A stretch of DNA of 64,000 nt. Origin: a virus. Its lineage: Duplodnaviria > Caudoviricetes. The position numbers were made by a program, and so were the translations under genes. The stretch's first letter is position 1, and each line of letters starts with the position of its first letter. Below are positions 52,921 through 62,169 of the stretch, piece by piece. The stretch is taken from positions 38,199 to 102,198 of the IMG/VR virus record IMGVR_UViG_3300030330_005983; one strand, 5' to 3'. Below the pieces are notes generated by a model. The model was not told where the DNA came from. It ran no database searches and saw nothing but the letters and a program-made list of their open reading frames with translations.

Positions 52921-55119
52921 TTATTTTGCGCATATGCAGTATGTAGCCGCCTGTATATTTCTAATTTCTTCTATAGTGGGCTGCCTATTTACGTTTTTTA
53001 TATGAGAGGAAAGTAGAGCGCTATAGCAGTGTGAAAACATATTTGGCAATGTGGGGTGCTTCGACAATATGCTAGAAATTAAAGACTCGGTGATGGGTGT
53101 TTTCTGCGGTAAATTCGCTAGTATTCTGAACTTTGTCTGTTCTACATCTACGCATTGCTTTGCAGATAACCCCCTCATGTTTTTCTTGTCATAGTGCTTT
53201 AATATACCTGGAAGTATTATGGATGAAATTTCAGATTGAGCAGATTTTGCCCAAGACATTCCGTTTAAAAACGACCCAATGTCCGACGCTATTTGCTCTG
53301 AAGACCTAAGATTGAATTGTCTGTCTCTGTTTATTCCCGGAGCGTCTTTTGAGTTTATAGGTCTGCCTTCTCCGGGCCTCCCTGTTTTTGTGTCATTATT
53401 AGGAATTGACAAAGTGTCTGGGTCTGAGTTTTGCGGATTTTCTTTCTTGTTCGAGTCTTGCTCTAATTCAACACCAGCCTCTTCAGGGCTTATTATTCCT
53501 TTTGAAAGAGCTATTTTTATTAAGTCGTGAATTTTGTCTTTGTCATAAGGCCCTGTTTTTGCCTCTCTTTTTCCTGAAATTCTTTCTCTGCTTTCCCTCT
53601 TCTTTCTAGACTTTTCTATTTCTGGCACAGCCCCAAACATTTCAACAACAAGCTCTTCACTGACTAGATTTCTGTCTAATAATTGTATTAACAATGCTTT
53701 TTCAGCGGACTCATCCTTTAAAATCATGTTGTCAAAAACTACAGACGGAGCCTTGTTCCAACCCATTGCTTGCCTAAGTATTTCAAGTTCTGCCTGCCAA
53801 AATTTAGTCGCCTGCTGCCTTCCGTACTGAAGTCTTTGAACTAATGTTTGTAGTGATATAAAATTATTGCTTGCGCCTCCAACTCTTGAAGAACCCGTCA
53901 GCGTTGGGGGAACACCTAGTCCACTAAAAATACTATCTAATATAGGTTCGTATTTGGTTGAGCCAAGAAAATTATGAACAGATGTAGTCACTTCTTCAAA
54001 AGAAAGTTCTGGTCCCCATATCAAGTCAAAAGCACCTCCTCCTGGGTTGCTGAGAAGTATGTCCGCTAGTTTTTGTATGGCTGCGTCTGTTGGTAAAATG
54101 CCTTTATCTAAGTCGCCCAATCTCCACACTCTAATTTGAGATATAGCTCCATCTAACGCAGCTAAATCTGCTAGCTTCATTTTTTCTAAAACCATCAGGT
54201 CATCTAATATACACTCCAGCATGGGAGAGGCCCATAAGTCCCAGTCATCTTTCTTGTAGGTTGAATGAGTTATTTTGGAGTTATCTAAAGGAAGAATCTT
54301 TGCCCCACTCCTTACGGCTTTTAAAAGCTCTTCAGGTATTTTTTCAACTAAAGCCTTCTCTAATTCATTTTTAGGGGAGTTAATTTTTGTTCTTAAACTG
54401 CCTGTTATTTTCAAGCCAAATTTCTGTTCGCCAGCAAATTGAGCTAGTTCACCACCGGCTATTTCAAGCGTCATCGGATTCAAAAAAGAATATCCGCAGG
54501 GTATAACTCTTTTTCTTGGAATTGGAGATTTTTTTGGCGTATGCGTGGGCTCTAAGTAAACGGTTTCACTGGCCATAGCCATTTTTCTCTCATCAGTTAA
54601 TGAAATTTTGCACATCTGTCTTTGCGCAACAACTGTCCCAATTCTGTATAGATAATTTAGGAATCTTTCAGTGACCTGCTCTCCATCAACTTTATGCGTA
54701 AACCACTTTTCAGAAAATTTCTGTATTCTTTTATTTTCGTGAACAAGACGAACGCCCTGTGAACCAAAATCAGACATCAAGTCAATTACATTTCTAACTA
54801 TACCGACCTTTTTATATGACCTATCACAAGCGGACATAATCGCCTTAGACTTTGTAGGAATTGCCTCGCCAGCTCTGTAAGCCTCATAGTCATTTCTAGT
54901 AAACTCATTCCTAATAGATATGTTTGTGCTTACATCTTCAAATCTATCCCTGCTGCTACGAAAAGCGACGGCTTGGTATTGATTTAATGCCTTAGAGTTC
55001 TGTATTGCGTTAGCCGCCTCATCTGGCTTTTCTGGGTCAAAAGTTATAAAAGCTGCAGTATTTGAGGAATTAGAACTAGAAAGAAGATTAGTCTTAATTG
55101 GGTCTTTTCTTTGGGCCAT
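52921..55119 (-). CDS. Portal protein
   Basis: Directly downstream of TerL. IVRNVIDLMSDFG, IFSGLGVP and a C-terminal GRP repeat. Confidence 0.8.
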   Translation of the reverse strand: MAQRKDPIKTNLLSSSNSSNTAAFITFDPEKPDEAANAIQNSKALNQYQAVAFRSSRDRFEDVSTNISIRNEFTRNDYEAYRAGEAIPTKSKAIMSACDRSYKKVGIVRNVIDLMSDFGSQGVRLVHENKRIQKFSEKWFTHKVDGEQVTERFLNYLYRIGTVVAQRQMCKISLTDERKMAMASETVYLEPTHTPKKSPIPRKRVIPCGYSFLNPMTLEIAGGELAQFAGEQKFGLKITGSLRTKINSPKNELEKALVEKIPEELLKAVRSGAKILPLDNSKITHSTYKKDDWDLWASPMLECILDDLMVLEKMKLADLAALDGAISQIRVWRLGDLDKGILPTDAAIQKLADILLSNPGGGAFDLIWGPELSFEEVTTSVHNFLGSTKYEPILDSIFSGLGVPPTLTGSSRVGGASNNFISLQTLVQRLQYGRQQATKFWQAELEILRQAMGWNKAPSVVFDNMILKDESAEKALLIQLLDRNLVSEELVVEMFGAVPEIEKSRKKRESRERISGKREAKTGPYDKDKIHDLIKIALSKGIISPEEAGVELEQDSNKKENPQNSDPDTLSIPNNDTKTGRPGEGRPINSKDAPGINRDRQFNLRSSEQIASDIGSFLNGMSWAKSAQSEISSIILPGILKHYDKKNMRGLSAKQCVDVEQTKFRILANLPQKTPITESLISSILSKHPTLPNMFSHCYSALLSSHIKNVNRQPTIEEIRNIQAATYCICAK

Positions 55120-55169
55120 TTTTATGTTCCATGTATTTGTATTGCATTTGATTGGTAATACTACTGTAT

Positions 55170-55180
55170 ATCATACACCA
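55170..55180 (-). promoter_or_regulatory. Putative late promoter (TGGTGTATGAT)
   Basis: Begins right after the TerL stop, in the intergenic gap upstream of the portal gene. Confidence 0.55.
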
Positions 55181-57232
55181 CTATTTACGTTGCACACCAA
55201 TACCGTATATGCCTGTCATTTTTTTGACTAAATGCTCTGGGCCGGTGTATAATTGGCTGCCTGTTGGGTCTTTACCTTGCTTTGCGTAGCCCCCGACAAA
55301 ATTATGCTCTTGTCCAGATAATTGATTTTCTAAGACATGACCCACTTCATTCGCCATTAATAAAGAAGAATATCTATCTTTTCTCATTCTAGACCTTTTT
55401 CCTCCCGCTTCAATTGTTTGCGGGGTGTCCCATCTGTCTCTTCCGGTAGAGGTCTGACCATGCTCGATAGTTGCAAGCTCGTCTTTAAGAGACTCTATTT
55501 CCATAACGCAATCTTCTAAGGTATCATAATGTCTGTTCGATATTTTATCGTCTGTGATAGCTTCCGATAGCAGGATAGTATCAAATTTAGGAAACAACAA
55601 GCTTTGTGTCTCAAGGTCTTTTCTTAGATTATGGTTTGCTTTAAATGTAAACTCAGATTTTGCAAATTGAATCATGTGCAATATGTGCAAACCAGCTTCG
55701 CCGTCTGTGGGTTTATTATTTGACTCCCAGTAAAAAGGGTCTTTGTTATCGTCCTCTTTGATATATGGCCACAATGGATGCTCTCCTTCTTTTAATAAGC
55801 TCTTGTCGTGAAGGGCCTCCATTATTGCTATCCCGCCTCCTTGAGCATCTATGGCTATATTTTTTGTTGGAAATATTTTTGTTAAATCTAGTATTTTTCT
55901 TGCGCAATAATTGTAGAAGCTCTCTAGCTGAGATTCTTTTTTTGTTTTAATTCTTTCCCTCATTACCTGCCTGCTGCAAGTCCATACATAAACAATTCTT
56001 CTATGGCTCTCATTTTGTTCAAGAATTACAATTGAAAAATTGTCGTTTTCTGACGCTGGGTCTATACCGTAAATATATTTTTTATTTGGATTTCCACAAA
56101 GCATCGCGTCAAAAGAAACTTCGCTTCCGTCCTTAGTGGCGACAGGATTATTTGTTGAACATCTTTCAATTAAGCTTCTTCGAAAAAATCCTTCAGAGTC
56201 TTTTGCAAAGCACGCCTCGTACTCCATGTCATATCTTGAGCTGTGAAGCATAGCCTTTGCTTGAGCTAGCTGTGATTTATCCATAAAGCCTTCTGGCAAA
56301 ACGCCCTCTGGTAATCTCATAACAGAATAGTGAGTCCAATCAAAACCTTCTGGTATTTTACCCTTGAATACGTGCTCTTCTAAATATCTCTCGTCTCCTT
56401 TACTACGCACTATTTCTCTTTGTCTTACAAAATATTCGTAAAAATGATTAAATGCGTAGTAAGCTGTTCCAGCTATGATAGTTTGGTTTCCAAAACCAAG
56501 CTCCCCTTCTATCTCGTCTGCTTCTTCATACATGCCAAGCTCTTTAAGCTTTTGTATTTGAGCATATTCTTTTACTTTATCCGCAGGGTTGGCGGAAACA
56601 GCTCCAAAACCCTTAATAACAACTTCAAATATTTCTTGGGGTATCGAGGCAAACTCATCGGCTATAATATAGTTCGCGCGTAAACCACGAATTTTAGAAC
56701 CATCTCCAAGAGGTATAGCGATTATTTCGCTCTGGCCAACATAAAAAGTGCATCTATCTATATCTCTTTTTGGGCCTTGCCCTTTACCGGCGCCTACTAT
56801 ATTTCTGAATATAGGAGAGTTTTTATAAAAAGTTTCCATGTACTCAAACAATAACTTAGATTGTCTGAACGCCGCACCTATTACGATAACCTTACAGCCC
56901 TGCATAAAAAAAGCTCTAAGTAAAGAATACAGAGCCAAAATCCATGTTTTGCCAGCTCCGCGAGTTGCAATTAACATTGGAAATTTTCTAGTCCAAAGCT
57001 CTTGTAATATAGAAAGCTGAAAAGGTAAGAGGTCAACGTTTAATAAATACTTACAAGTAAACCAAAAGTTTTCTGGCTTACTCATGTAATCCAAAAATTC
57101 TAAAACAGTATTATCATACTGCCTTTCTGGAAGTAATAGCTTGTTTTCTATATGTATCTTATCTACATCGCCTATATTTAAATGGGCGTGTTTTAGTAAT
57201 ATCTCTGTGCGGTTTTTATCTCTTATTTTCAT
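55181..57232 (-). CDS. terL: Terminase large subunit
   Basis: Walker A ATRGAGKT, IRGLRA, Walker B YIIADE, RNase-H-like YGIDPA, IAIDAQGGG and KDRYS. No intein seen. Confidence 0.92.
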   Translation of the reverse strand: MKIRDKNRTEILLKHAHLNIGDVDKIHIENKLLLPERQYDNTVLEFLDYMSKPENFWFTCKYLLNVDLLPFQLSILQELWTRKFPMLIATRGAGKTWILALYSLLRAFFMQGCKVIVIGAAFRQSKLLFEYMETFYKNSPIFRNIVGAGKGQGPKRDIDRCTFYVGQSEIIAIPLGDGSKIRGLRANYIIADEFASIPQEIFEVVIKGFGAVSANPADKVKEYAQIQKLKELGMYEEADEIEGELGFGNQTIIAGTAYYAFNHFYEYFVRQREIVRSKGDERYLEEHVFKGKIPEGFDWTHYSVMRLPEGVLPEGFMDKSQLAQAKAMLHSSRYDMEYEACFAKDSEGFFRRSLIERCSTNNPVATKDGSEVSFDAMLCGNPNKKYIYGIDPASENDNFSIVILEQNESHRRIVYVWTCSRQVMRERIKTKKESQLESFYNYCARKILDLTKIFPTKNIAIDAQGGGIAIMEALHDKSLLKEGEHPLWPYIKEDDNKDPFYWESNNKPTDGEAGLHILHMIQFAKSEFTFKANHNLRKDLETQSLLFPKFDTILLSEAITDDKISNRHYDTLEDCVMEIESLKDELATIEHGQTSTGRDRWDTPQTIEAGGKRSRMRKDRYSSLLMANEVGHVLENQLSGQEHNFVGGYAKQGKDPTGSQLYTGPEHLVKKMTGIYGIGVQRK

Positions 57233-57707
57233 ATTTATGCTGAGACTCCATAAATCTCTTGAATATACTAGAACAAACTTCTTTTGCATATTTGCCACAA
57301 AAAATAAATGGTACGTCGTATTTCTTTTGTAGCTCTAGTATTCTTTTTAAAAAGAAGGGGCCTCTAACTTTCATGTATTTTCTTTTGTAGGCCGGTATTT
57401 TACTTCCCTTTGGAAATTCAACAACATCCTTCATTTCGAATTCTAATAAAACGTATCTCCACGGGAACTCTATCATTCTTTCAAGCTCCCTTTCGAATCT
57501 TGGTTGGGTTATATTTGTTGCTAGCTCTGATACATTTCCTTTTCTTTCTATGCATATGTGATTTTCATATCCATACAAAGTATAGTCTCCGGTTTTTATA
57601 GTGTGCTCCTCTGTTCCGGCGCAATAACCAGAGTGCGCAAACTCCCAACCGTCTTTTTCTCTAGTGTCTCTATATACTAGATAAGGGTCGTATTTTTCTT
57701 TTGACAT
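57216..57707 (-). CDS. ERCC4-domain structure-specific nuclease
   Basis: DTRE...GDY......IERK signature. Confidence 0.88.
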   Translation of the reverse strand: MSKEKYDPYLVYRDTREKDGWEFAHSGYCAGTEEHTIKTGDYTLYGYENHICIERKGNVSELATNITQPRFERELERMIEFPWRYVLLEFEMKDVVEFPKGSKIPAYKRKYMKVRGPFFLKRILELQKKYDVPFIFCGKYAKEVCSSIFKRFMESQHKYENKR

Positions 57708-58744
57708 GATTCGCTTATGTCGTGCTCTACCATTCTCTTTACCATTTCATTAAACGAAGTTTCTGGAGACCATCCTATTTCAGACTTGGCCTTATTATAA
57801 TCTCCGTGCAAAAATTCAACTTCGGCTGGACGATAAAATTCTGGGTCAATAACAACTAAATTTTCCCATTCTTTTATGCCTATGAAATCAAAAGCCATTC
57901 TAACAAAATCCCTAACGGTTCTGCTTGTACCGGTAGCTATGACATAATCCTCTGCTTGTTCTTGTTGTAACATCATCCACATTGCCTTGACATAATCAGG
58001 GGCATATCCCCAATCTCTGGCCGCATCCAAGTTTCCCAATCGCAGTTTTGGAAAACTTTCCTCTGGGTTCATTACGGAAAGTATATTGTCTGGGTCAGAA
58101 GCTGCGTCAAACGGTTTGTTTTCGCCAGTCATCCAGTTTCTAAATTCAGCGACCCACTTAGTTATTTTCCTGCTTACAAACTTCTCACCCCTTCTTTCGC
58201 TTTCATGATTAAACAATATACCGCTACAAGCATACATTCCGTAAGCCTCTCTGTAAATTCTAACCTTATGGTGCGATGCTAGTTTTGCTATTGCGTATGG
58301 TGACTGCGGCTCAAATGGGGTGGTTTCTCTTTGATACCCGTCTTGGTCTACAGACTTTCCAAACATTTCTGATGTGCTCGCTTGATAAAATTTAGCATTA
58401 AATGCGTGCCTTCTAACCGATTCAAGTATATTAAGCGGACCCTCAGCATCAACCCTCCATGTATGTAAGGGCTCATTAAAAGATGTGGCTACATGAGACT
58501 GTGCGGCAAGATTGTAAACTTCATCTGGTTGGAAGTCATTAATAATTGAAGACACGCTGATAAAATCAGTAACATCGCCTTCCGTTAGACTAAAATTTTT
58601 GTTTTCCTTCAAGCACTTTAGCCTGCCCGTGTTGTCTATGCTGGCTCGACGAATTACTCCTAAAACCTTATACCCTTTTGAGAGTAAAAGTTCGGATAGA
58701 TATGAACCGTCTTGTCCTGTAACACCAAAAATAATTGCTTTCAT
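57677..58744 (-). CDS. gmd: GDP-mannose 4,6-dehydratase
   Basis: GVTGQDGSYL, YNLAAQSHV, QASTSEMFG, SPYAIAK, GILFNHES.RRG, RDWGYA.DYV, RPAEV. Confidence 0.95.
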   Translation of the reverse strand: MKAIIFGVTGQDGSYLSELLLSKGYKVLGVIRRASIDNTGRLKCLKENKNFSLTEGDVTDFISVSSIINDFQPDEVYNLAAQSHVATSFNEPLHTWRVDAEGPLNILESVRRHAFNAKFYQASTSEMFGKSVDQDGYQRETTPFEPQSPYAIAKLASHHKVRIYREAYGMYACSGILFNHESERRGEKFVSRKITKWVAEFRNWMTGENKPFDAASDPDNILSVMNPEESFPKLRLGNLDAARDWGYAPDYVKAMWMMLQQEQAEDYVIATGTSRTVRDFVRMAFDFIGIKEWENLVVIDPEFYRPAEVEFLHGDYNKAKSEIGWSPETSFNEMVKRMVEHDISESCQKKNTTLI

Positions 58745-58746
58745 TT

Positions 58747-59550
58747 TTATTCCTTTTGCTCTTCTTCAAGTTCTGCTTCTGGCGTGAGCCAAGCCCTGTC
58801 AACCTCTCCATCAGCAAAAACCATTTCTTGCCGCATCTGTCCCTCTTTGGTTTTAGCTGCTTCGTAAACTAGACCTGTCATCCTTCCTTCTGTTTCTCGT
58901 AACTTTTGTTCATCAAGTAACTTAATGAGGGCAAATATATCCTTGCCTGACTCCTCAACAGTTTTTAGTCTCTCGTTTCTTGTTGCTTTTAAATCCTTGA
59001 ATTTTCCGTCTTTAGTTTTCTTAATTTCGTTTATCTCTTTGGTATAGGCTTCTGAGGTGCCTCTCAGTTGAACTATGGTACGAAGGGCGTTCGTCATAAA
59101 ATCAGAATCTCGCTCCTCGATATCTTTTTTTCTCTCTTCCGCCAGTTGATTTTCGTAGTCTTTTATTTCTTCTAGTATATTTTTCTTTTGTTCAAGGGCT
59201 CGATGAAGCAATATATCCTCAATTATAACATCCTTCATCATTATCTCGTCAGTCGCAGTAACACCCTGATGAAAAAATTGGGAATAGAGAGAAGCCCAAC
59301 TGTTTTCAAAAGTCTCTAGTTCTTCATTAAGCAAGCTCTTTTTAATAGTGACCCAAAAATGTTTTGAATGAAGTTGGGAAATGTAAGACTGAAGCTCATC
59401 GTTAGCATTTTCTTGAGGGGCTACAGACCTTCTCTGAGAAACAGCTTCAACGCTCCTGCCAAGCTTCTTGGCCATTTCCTCGTCTGTCATGTTTTCTAAA
59501 TTAGAGTCTATAAAAGACTTTTCATTTTTGCTGAGCCTTCCTGATTTCAT
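58747..59550 (-). CDS. Putative terminase small subunit (HTH + coiled coil)
   Basis: N-terminal LSKNEKSFI...MAKKLGRS.EAV HTH with long helices, upstream of TerL. The call is positional. Confidence 0.4.
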   Translation of the reverse strand: MKSGRLSKNEKSFIDSNLENMTDEEMAKKLGRSVEAVSQRRSVAPQENANDELQSYISQLHSKHFWVTIKKSLLNEELETFENSWASLYSQFFHQGVTATDEIMMKDVIIEDILLHRALEQKKNILEEIKDYENQLAEERKKDIEERDSDFMTNALRTIVQLRGTSEAYTKEINEIKKTKDGKFKDLKATRNERLKTVEESGKDIFALIKLLDEQKLRETEGRMTGLVYEAAKTKEGQMRQEMVFADGEVDRAWLTPEAELEEEQKE

Positions 59551-60158
59551 TAGTTAGAGCCCCAATGCTTTTTTATGATTATCTTTATTTCGTGTATTAA
59601 GTTTTCTCTTCGGCTCTTTGGTATGCTTGCGCCGTCAACAAATTTCCTATAATCAGCTCTAAGACTAACGGGGATATGTTCATTGAGTAGATTTATGATA
59701 TTGTCGCTAAAAACTTTCTGCTCTACATCTGGCGTAAATGAAACGCTTTGATTGTATACCTCCTCTACATCAAAGGGCTCCATCAAGCTCCTTTTGGCTA
59801 GATTTCTTTTAATCCATTTTTCATACTTTTTGCAGTCTAGTCGGTTAGGAGAATCATTCTTGCAAAGCTCACAATCGCACACAGGGGGCTCAACTCTACT
59901 TAGGCTTTTTCTTCTCATGTTCAAAAAACGCCATCTTACATGAGTTTTAAGAAAAGTTAGTAGCGCATCCCCTATATTGTCCTGGCATGATTTTTTAAAA
60001 TTAAAAGAGGGTAGTGCTTCTATACAGAATATGACACCCTCTTGCTTCATATCTTCAATATCAAAGTATCCAAATTTAAAACTTGGAGATAAATACGCAA
60101 CGGTTTTATCTATTATATCTAAAACCTCTTGTTCAGTCAGTCCTTCTGGTAATTCCAT
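59550..60158 (-). CDS. Phage RNA polymerase sigma-70-family factor (region 2 + Cys cluster)
   Basis: FDIEDMKQEG.I...EAL..F...LLTFL..HVRWRFLN.RR resembles region 2. A CDCELC...C insert follows. Confidence 0.7.
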   Translation of the reverse strand: MELPEGLTEQEVLDIIDKTVAYLSPSFKFGYFDIEDMKQEGVIFCIEALPSFNFKKSCQDNIGDALLTFLKTHVRWRFLNMRRKSLSRVEPPVCDCELCKNDSPNRLDCKKYEKWIKRNLAKRSLMEPFDVEEVYNQSVSFTPDVEQKVFSDNIINLLNEHIPVSLRADYRKFVDGASIPKSRRENLIHEIKIIIKKHWGSN

Positions 60159-60310
60159 TATTTATCCGGTGATATAGCGTTTGCCTTAATTATATTTTCC
60201 CCGTCTTCCTTGTCTGGGTCAGGCGTATTAAGCTCCTCTTCAGTTTTTTTCTTGCTTTCTTCAGCTTCTGTAGTGTATAATATTGAAGGGGTAAGTTTTT
60301 CTTCGGGCAT
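60158..60310 (-). CDS. 50-aa acidic protein (absent from the ORF track)
   Basis: MPEEKLTPSILYTTEAEESKKKTEEELNTPDPDKEDGENIIKANAISPDK. GGAGG SD at 60317-21 and a TAATG overlap with the sigma start. Confidence 0.6.
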   Translation of the reverse strand: MPEEKLTPSILYTTEAEESKKKTEEELNTPDPDKEDGENIIKANAISPDK

Positions 60311-60374
60311 TTTGGGCCTCCTAAATAAAAGTGGACATTATATTATACCCTAAAAATGCAAAAAAGTCAATAAA
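60311..60374. promoter_or_regulatory. Divergent promoter region
   Basis: AT-rich gap between divergent operons, with AGGGTATAATATAAT on the minus strand. Confidence 0.45.
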
Positions 60375-60611
60375 ATGAGGAAAATTATGAATCAGGTATG
60401 GAGTGAAGCGGAAAAGCAATTTATTAGAGATTCCGCTGGTAAGTTGACAGATGAAGTCGGAGCGATAGAATTAAGTAAGGTTTGTGGTAGAATCATTACT
60501 GTTAATGCTTGGAGAAAGCAGAGACAAAAGATGGGAATAAAAAAGAACCCTGGTAGAGGGGTTTGTTCTCTCAAAGAAAGCGAGGCTGAGGAATGTGGAG
60601 GTTCATCCTAG
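60375..60611 (+). CDS. Small Myb/HTH-like DNA-binding protein
   Basis: WSEAEKQFIR...RKQRQKMGIKK. Confidence 0.5.
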   Translation: MRKIMNQVWSEAEKQFIRDSAGKLTDEVGAIELSKVCGRIITVNAWRKQRQKMGIKKNPGRGVCSLKESEAEECGGSS

Positions 60612-61090
60612 AGGTAATTGTATTTAGTCTTATATCCATGTTATGCTTTAGTGTATTTGGTCAGAATTGGCAAGATGAAGAGCATGTGTGGGATGAGGAG
60701 CGGCAGGAATGGGTGGTACAAAACAGAGCACAAGGTAGAATAGCCGAAGATGGACCAGTTGGTGGTTTTTTAGCAAATGAGGCGAGGCCATACTATGGTC
60801 AGCCTTGGGAAAGATATTTGTCTAAGAATGTAAAGTATGGTAGAAGAGATGCTACTCCCTGGGAGCTTTCTGAGGCTAAAAGAAAACTTTGGGCTAAAGA
60901 GATGATGGTATATAGGTCTATGGAAAGGGCGCAGGAAAGGCGTCGAATAATGGCTTATAGAAAATCTACTGGCTGGTATGCGGCAAGGCGCTCTGGTGGT
61001 TATAACCCAGCTTATAATGGAATGCTGATGATGCATATGCAATCTGTAAATAACTATGTTAATGGAGGAAGATATGGTGGTGGGTATTAA
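60593..61090 (+). CDS. Exported hypothetical protein
   Basis: Hydrophobic N-terminal signal ending VFG-Q. The mature part is rich in R/Y/G/W. Confidence 0.55.
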   Translation: MWRFILEVIVFSLISMLCFSVFGQNWQDEEHVWDEERQEWVVQNRAQGRIAEDGPVGGFLANEARPYYGQPWERYLSKNVKYGRRDATPWELSEAKRKLWAKEMMVYRSMERAQERRRIMAYRKSTGWYAARRSGGYNPAYNGMLMMHMQSVNNYVNGGRYGGGY

Positions 61091-61418
61091 ATATTTTGTT
61101 TTTATTATCTTTGTAGCTAATTCGTATTTAAATCCAACTTTAGTGTTTGCTGAAAACAGACCAAGACCTAATGTAATAACTGGTGGAAATCCAGCAAAAA
61201 AGAACGTTCCTTGGCCGAAAGATACTTCTGCAAATAAGTACTACAAGCAGAGAAACGAATCTACATATTATAAAAGAGCGGCGCAAAAAAATGCCTATTA
61301 CGGAAATGTTTATCATGACCCTTACTGTGCTGCACATAGAAGAGGGTTTTATGGTGTAAAAATTCAGTACAAAGAATATAGAGCGGCAGTTTATGGGTTT
61401 ATGAATAATGGGGATTAG
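61074..61418 (+). CDS. Exported hypothetical protein
   Basis: GGAGG SD, signal-like N-terminus ending VFA-E, Y/K/N-rich. Confidence 0.55.
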   Translation: MVVGIKYFVFIIFVANSYLNPTLVFAENRPRPNVITGGNPAKKNVPWPKDTSANKYYKQRNESTYYKRAAQKNAYYGNVYHDPYCAAHRRGFYGVKIQYKEYRAAVYGFMNNGD

Positions 61419-62160
61419 CCTATTGTGTGCGGTTAAAAACCGTACCGAGCATCTATTACGGTCGTATAAAAGTTGGCTCGATTGTGATTGCGTTGATGAA
61501 GTAGTCATAGTTGATTGGGGAAGCGATATCCCCATATCTGAAAAGCTTGAAAAAAATAAGAAATTAAAAATAGTCCAGGTAAATAAGCATCATACCCGGT
61601 ACTGGACTTTCAGTCAGGCTTATAACACAGCGGCGAGATTTGCCTCGTGTGATTATTATCTAATAATGAACGCTGACGAAATTATAGTCTCCTCTGAGGA
61701 GATATGTTCTCTAGAGCCACCAGATACATTTTTTTATGAGGGTACTAATTGGGATTCTCCCAGCGCTCATGGTGTATATTTCTTATATATATCAAAAGAA
61801 ATTTTTTGGAAAGTCAATGGATATCATGAGGATATGATAGGGTATGGATATGATGACGTTGACTTTAAATATAGATTGGGGCAAGCTGGCTTTAAACCAA
61901 GAATTTCCTCGGTTAAAATAGAACACATAAAGCATGAATCATCTCATAAAACTAGAGACCACAAAATGAACTATATCGTTGGTTGGTCGCAGCCTTGGAG
62001 CGCTTGTGAAAGGCTAATAGGGCTGAGACACGAAGAAAAAGATGGGGTGATTATGTGCGATATAGATGATATAGATATAATAAGTAAGCAGAGAATGCTG
62101 CATAGGGAGGGCATAGCAAGAGCCCATTCTAGGCGTTCTTTAGACGATTTTGGTGTATAA
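61408..62160 (+). CDS. GT2/GT7-like glycosyltransferase
   Basis: VVIVDWGS, NADE and VNGYHEDMIGYGYDDVDF (GT7C-like). Confidence 0.8.
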   Translation: MGISLLCAVKNRTEHLLRSYKSWLDCDCVDEVVIVDWGSDIPISEKLEKNKKLKIVQVNKHHTRYWTFSQAYNTAARFASCDYYLIMNADEIIVSSEEICSLEPPDTFFYEGTNWDSPSAHGVYFLYISKEIFWKVNGYHEDMIGYGYDDVDFKYRLGQAGFKPRISSVKIEHIKHESSHKTRDHKMNYIVGWSQPWSACERLIGLRHEEKDGVIMCDIDDIDIISKQRMLHREGIARAHSRRSLDDFGV

Positions 62161-62169
62161 GGAGATATC

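Noticed and set aside
55181-57232. Intein or intron in the terminase
   Set aside because: ATPase and nuclease motifs are contiguous at normal length, with no splice-junction or LAGLIDADG motifs.
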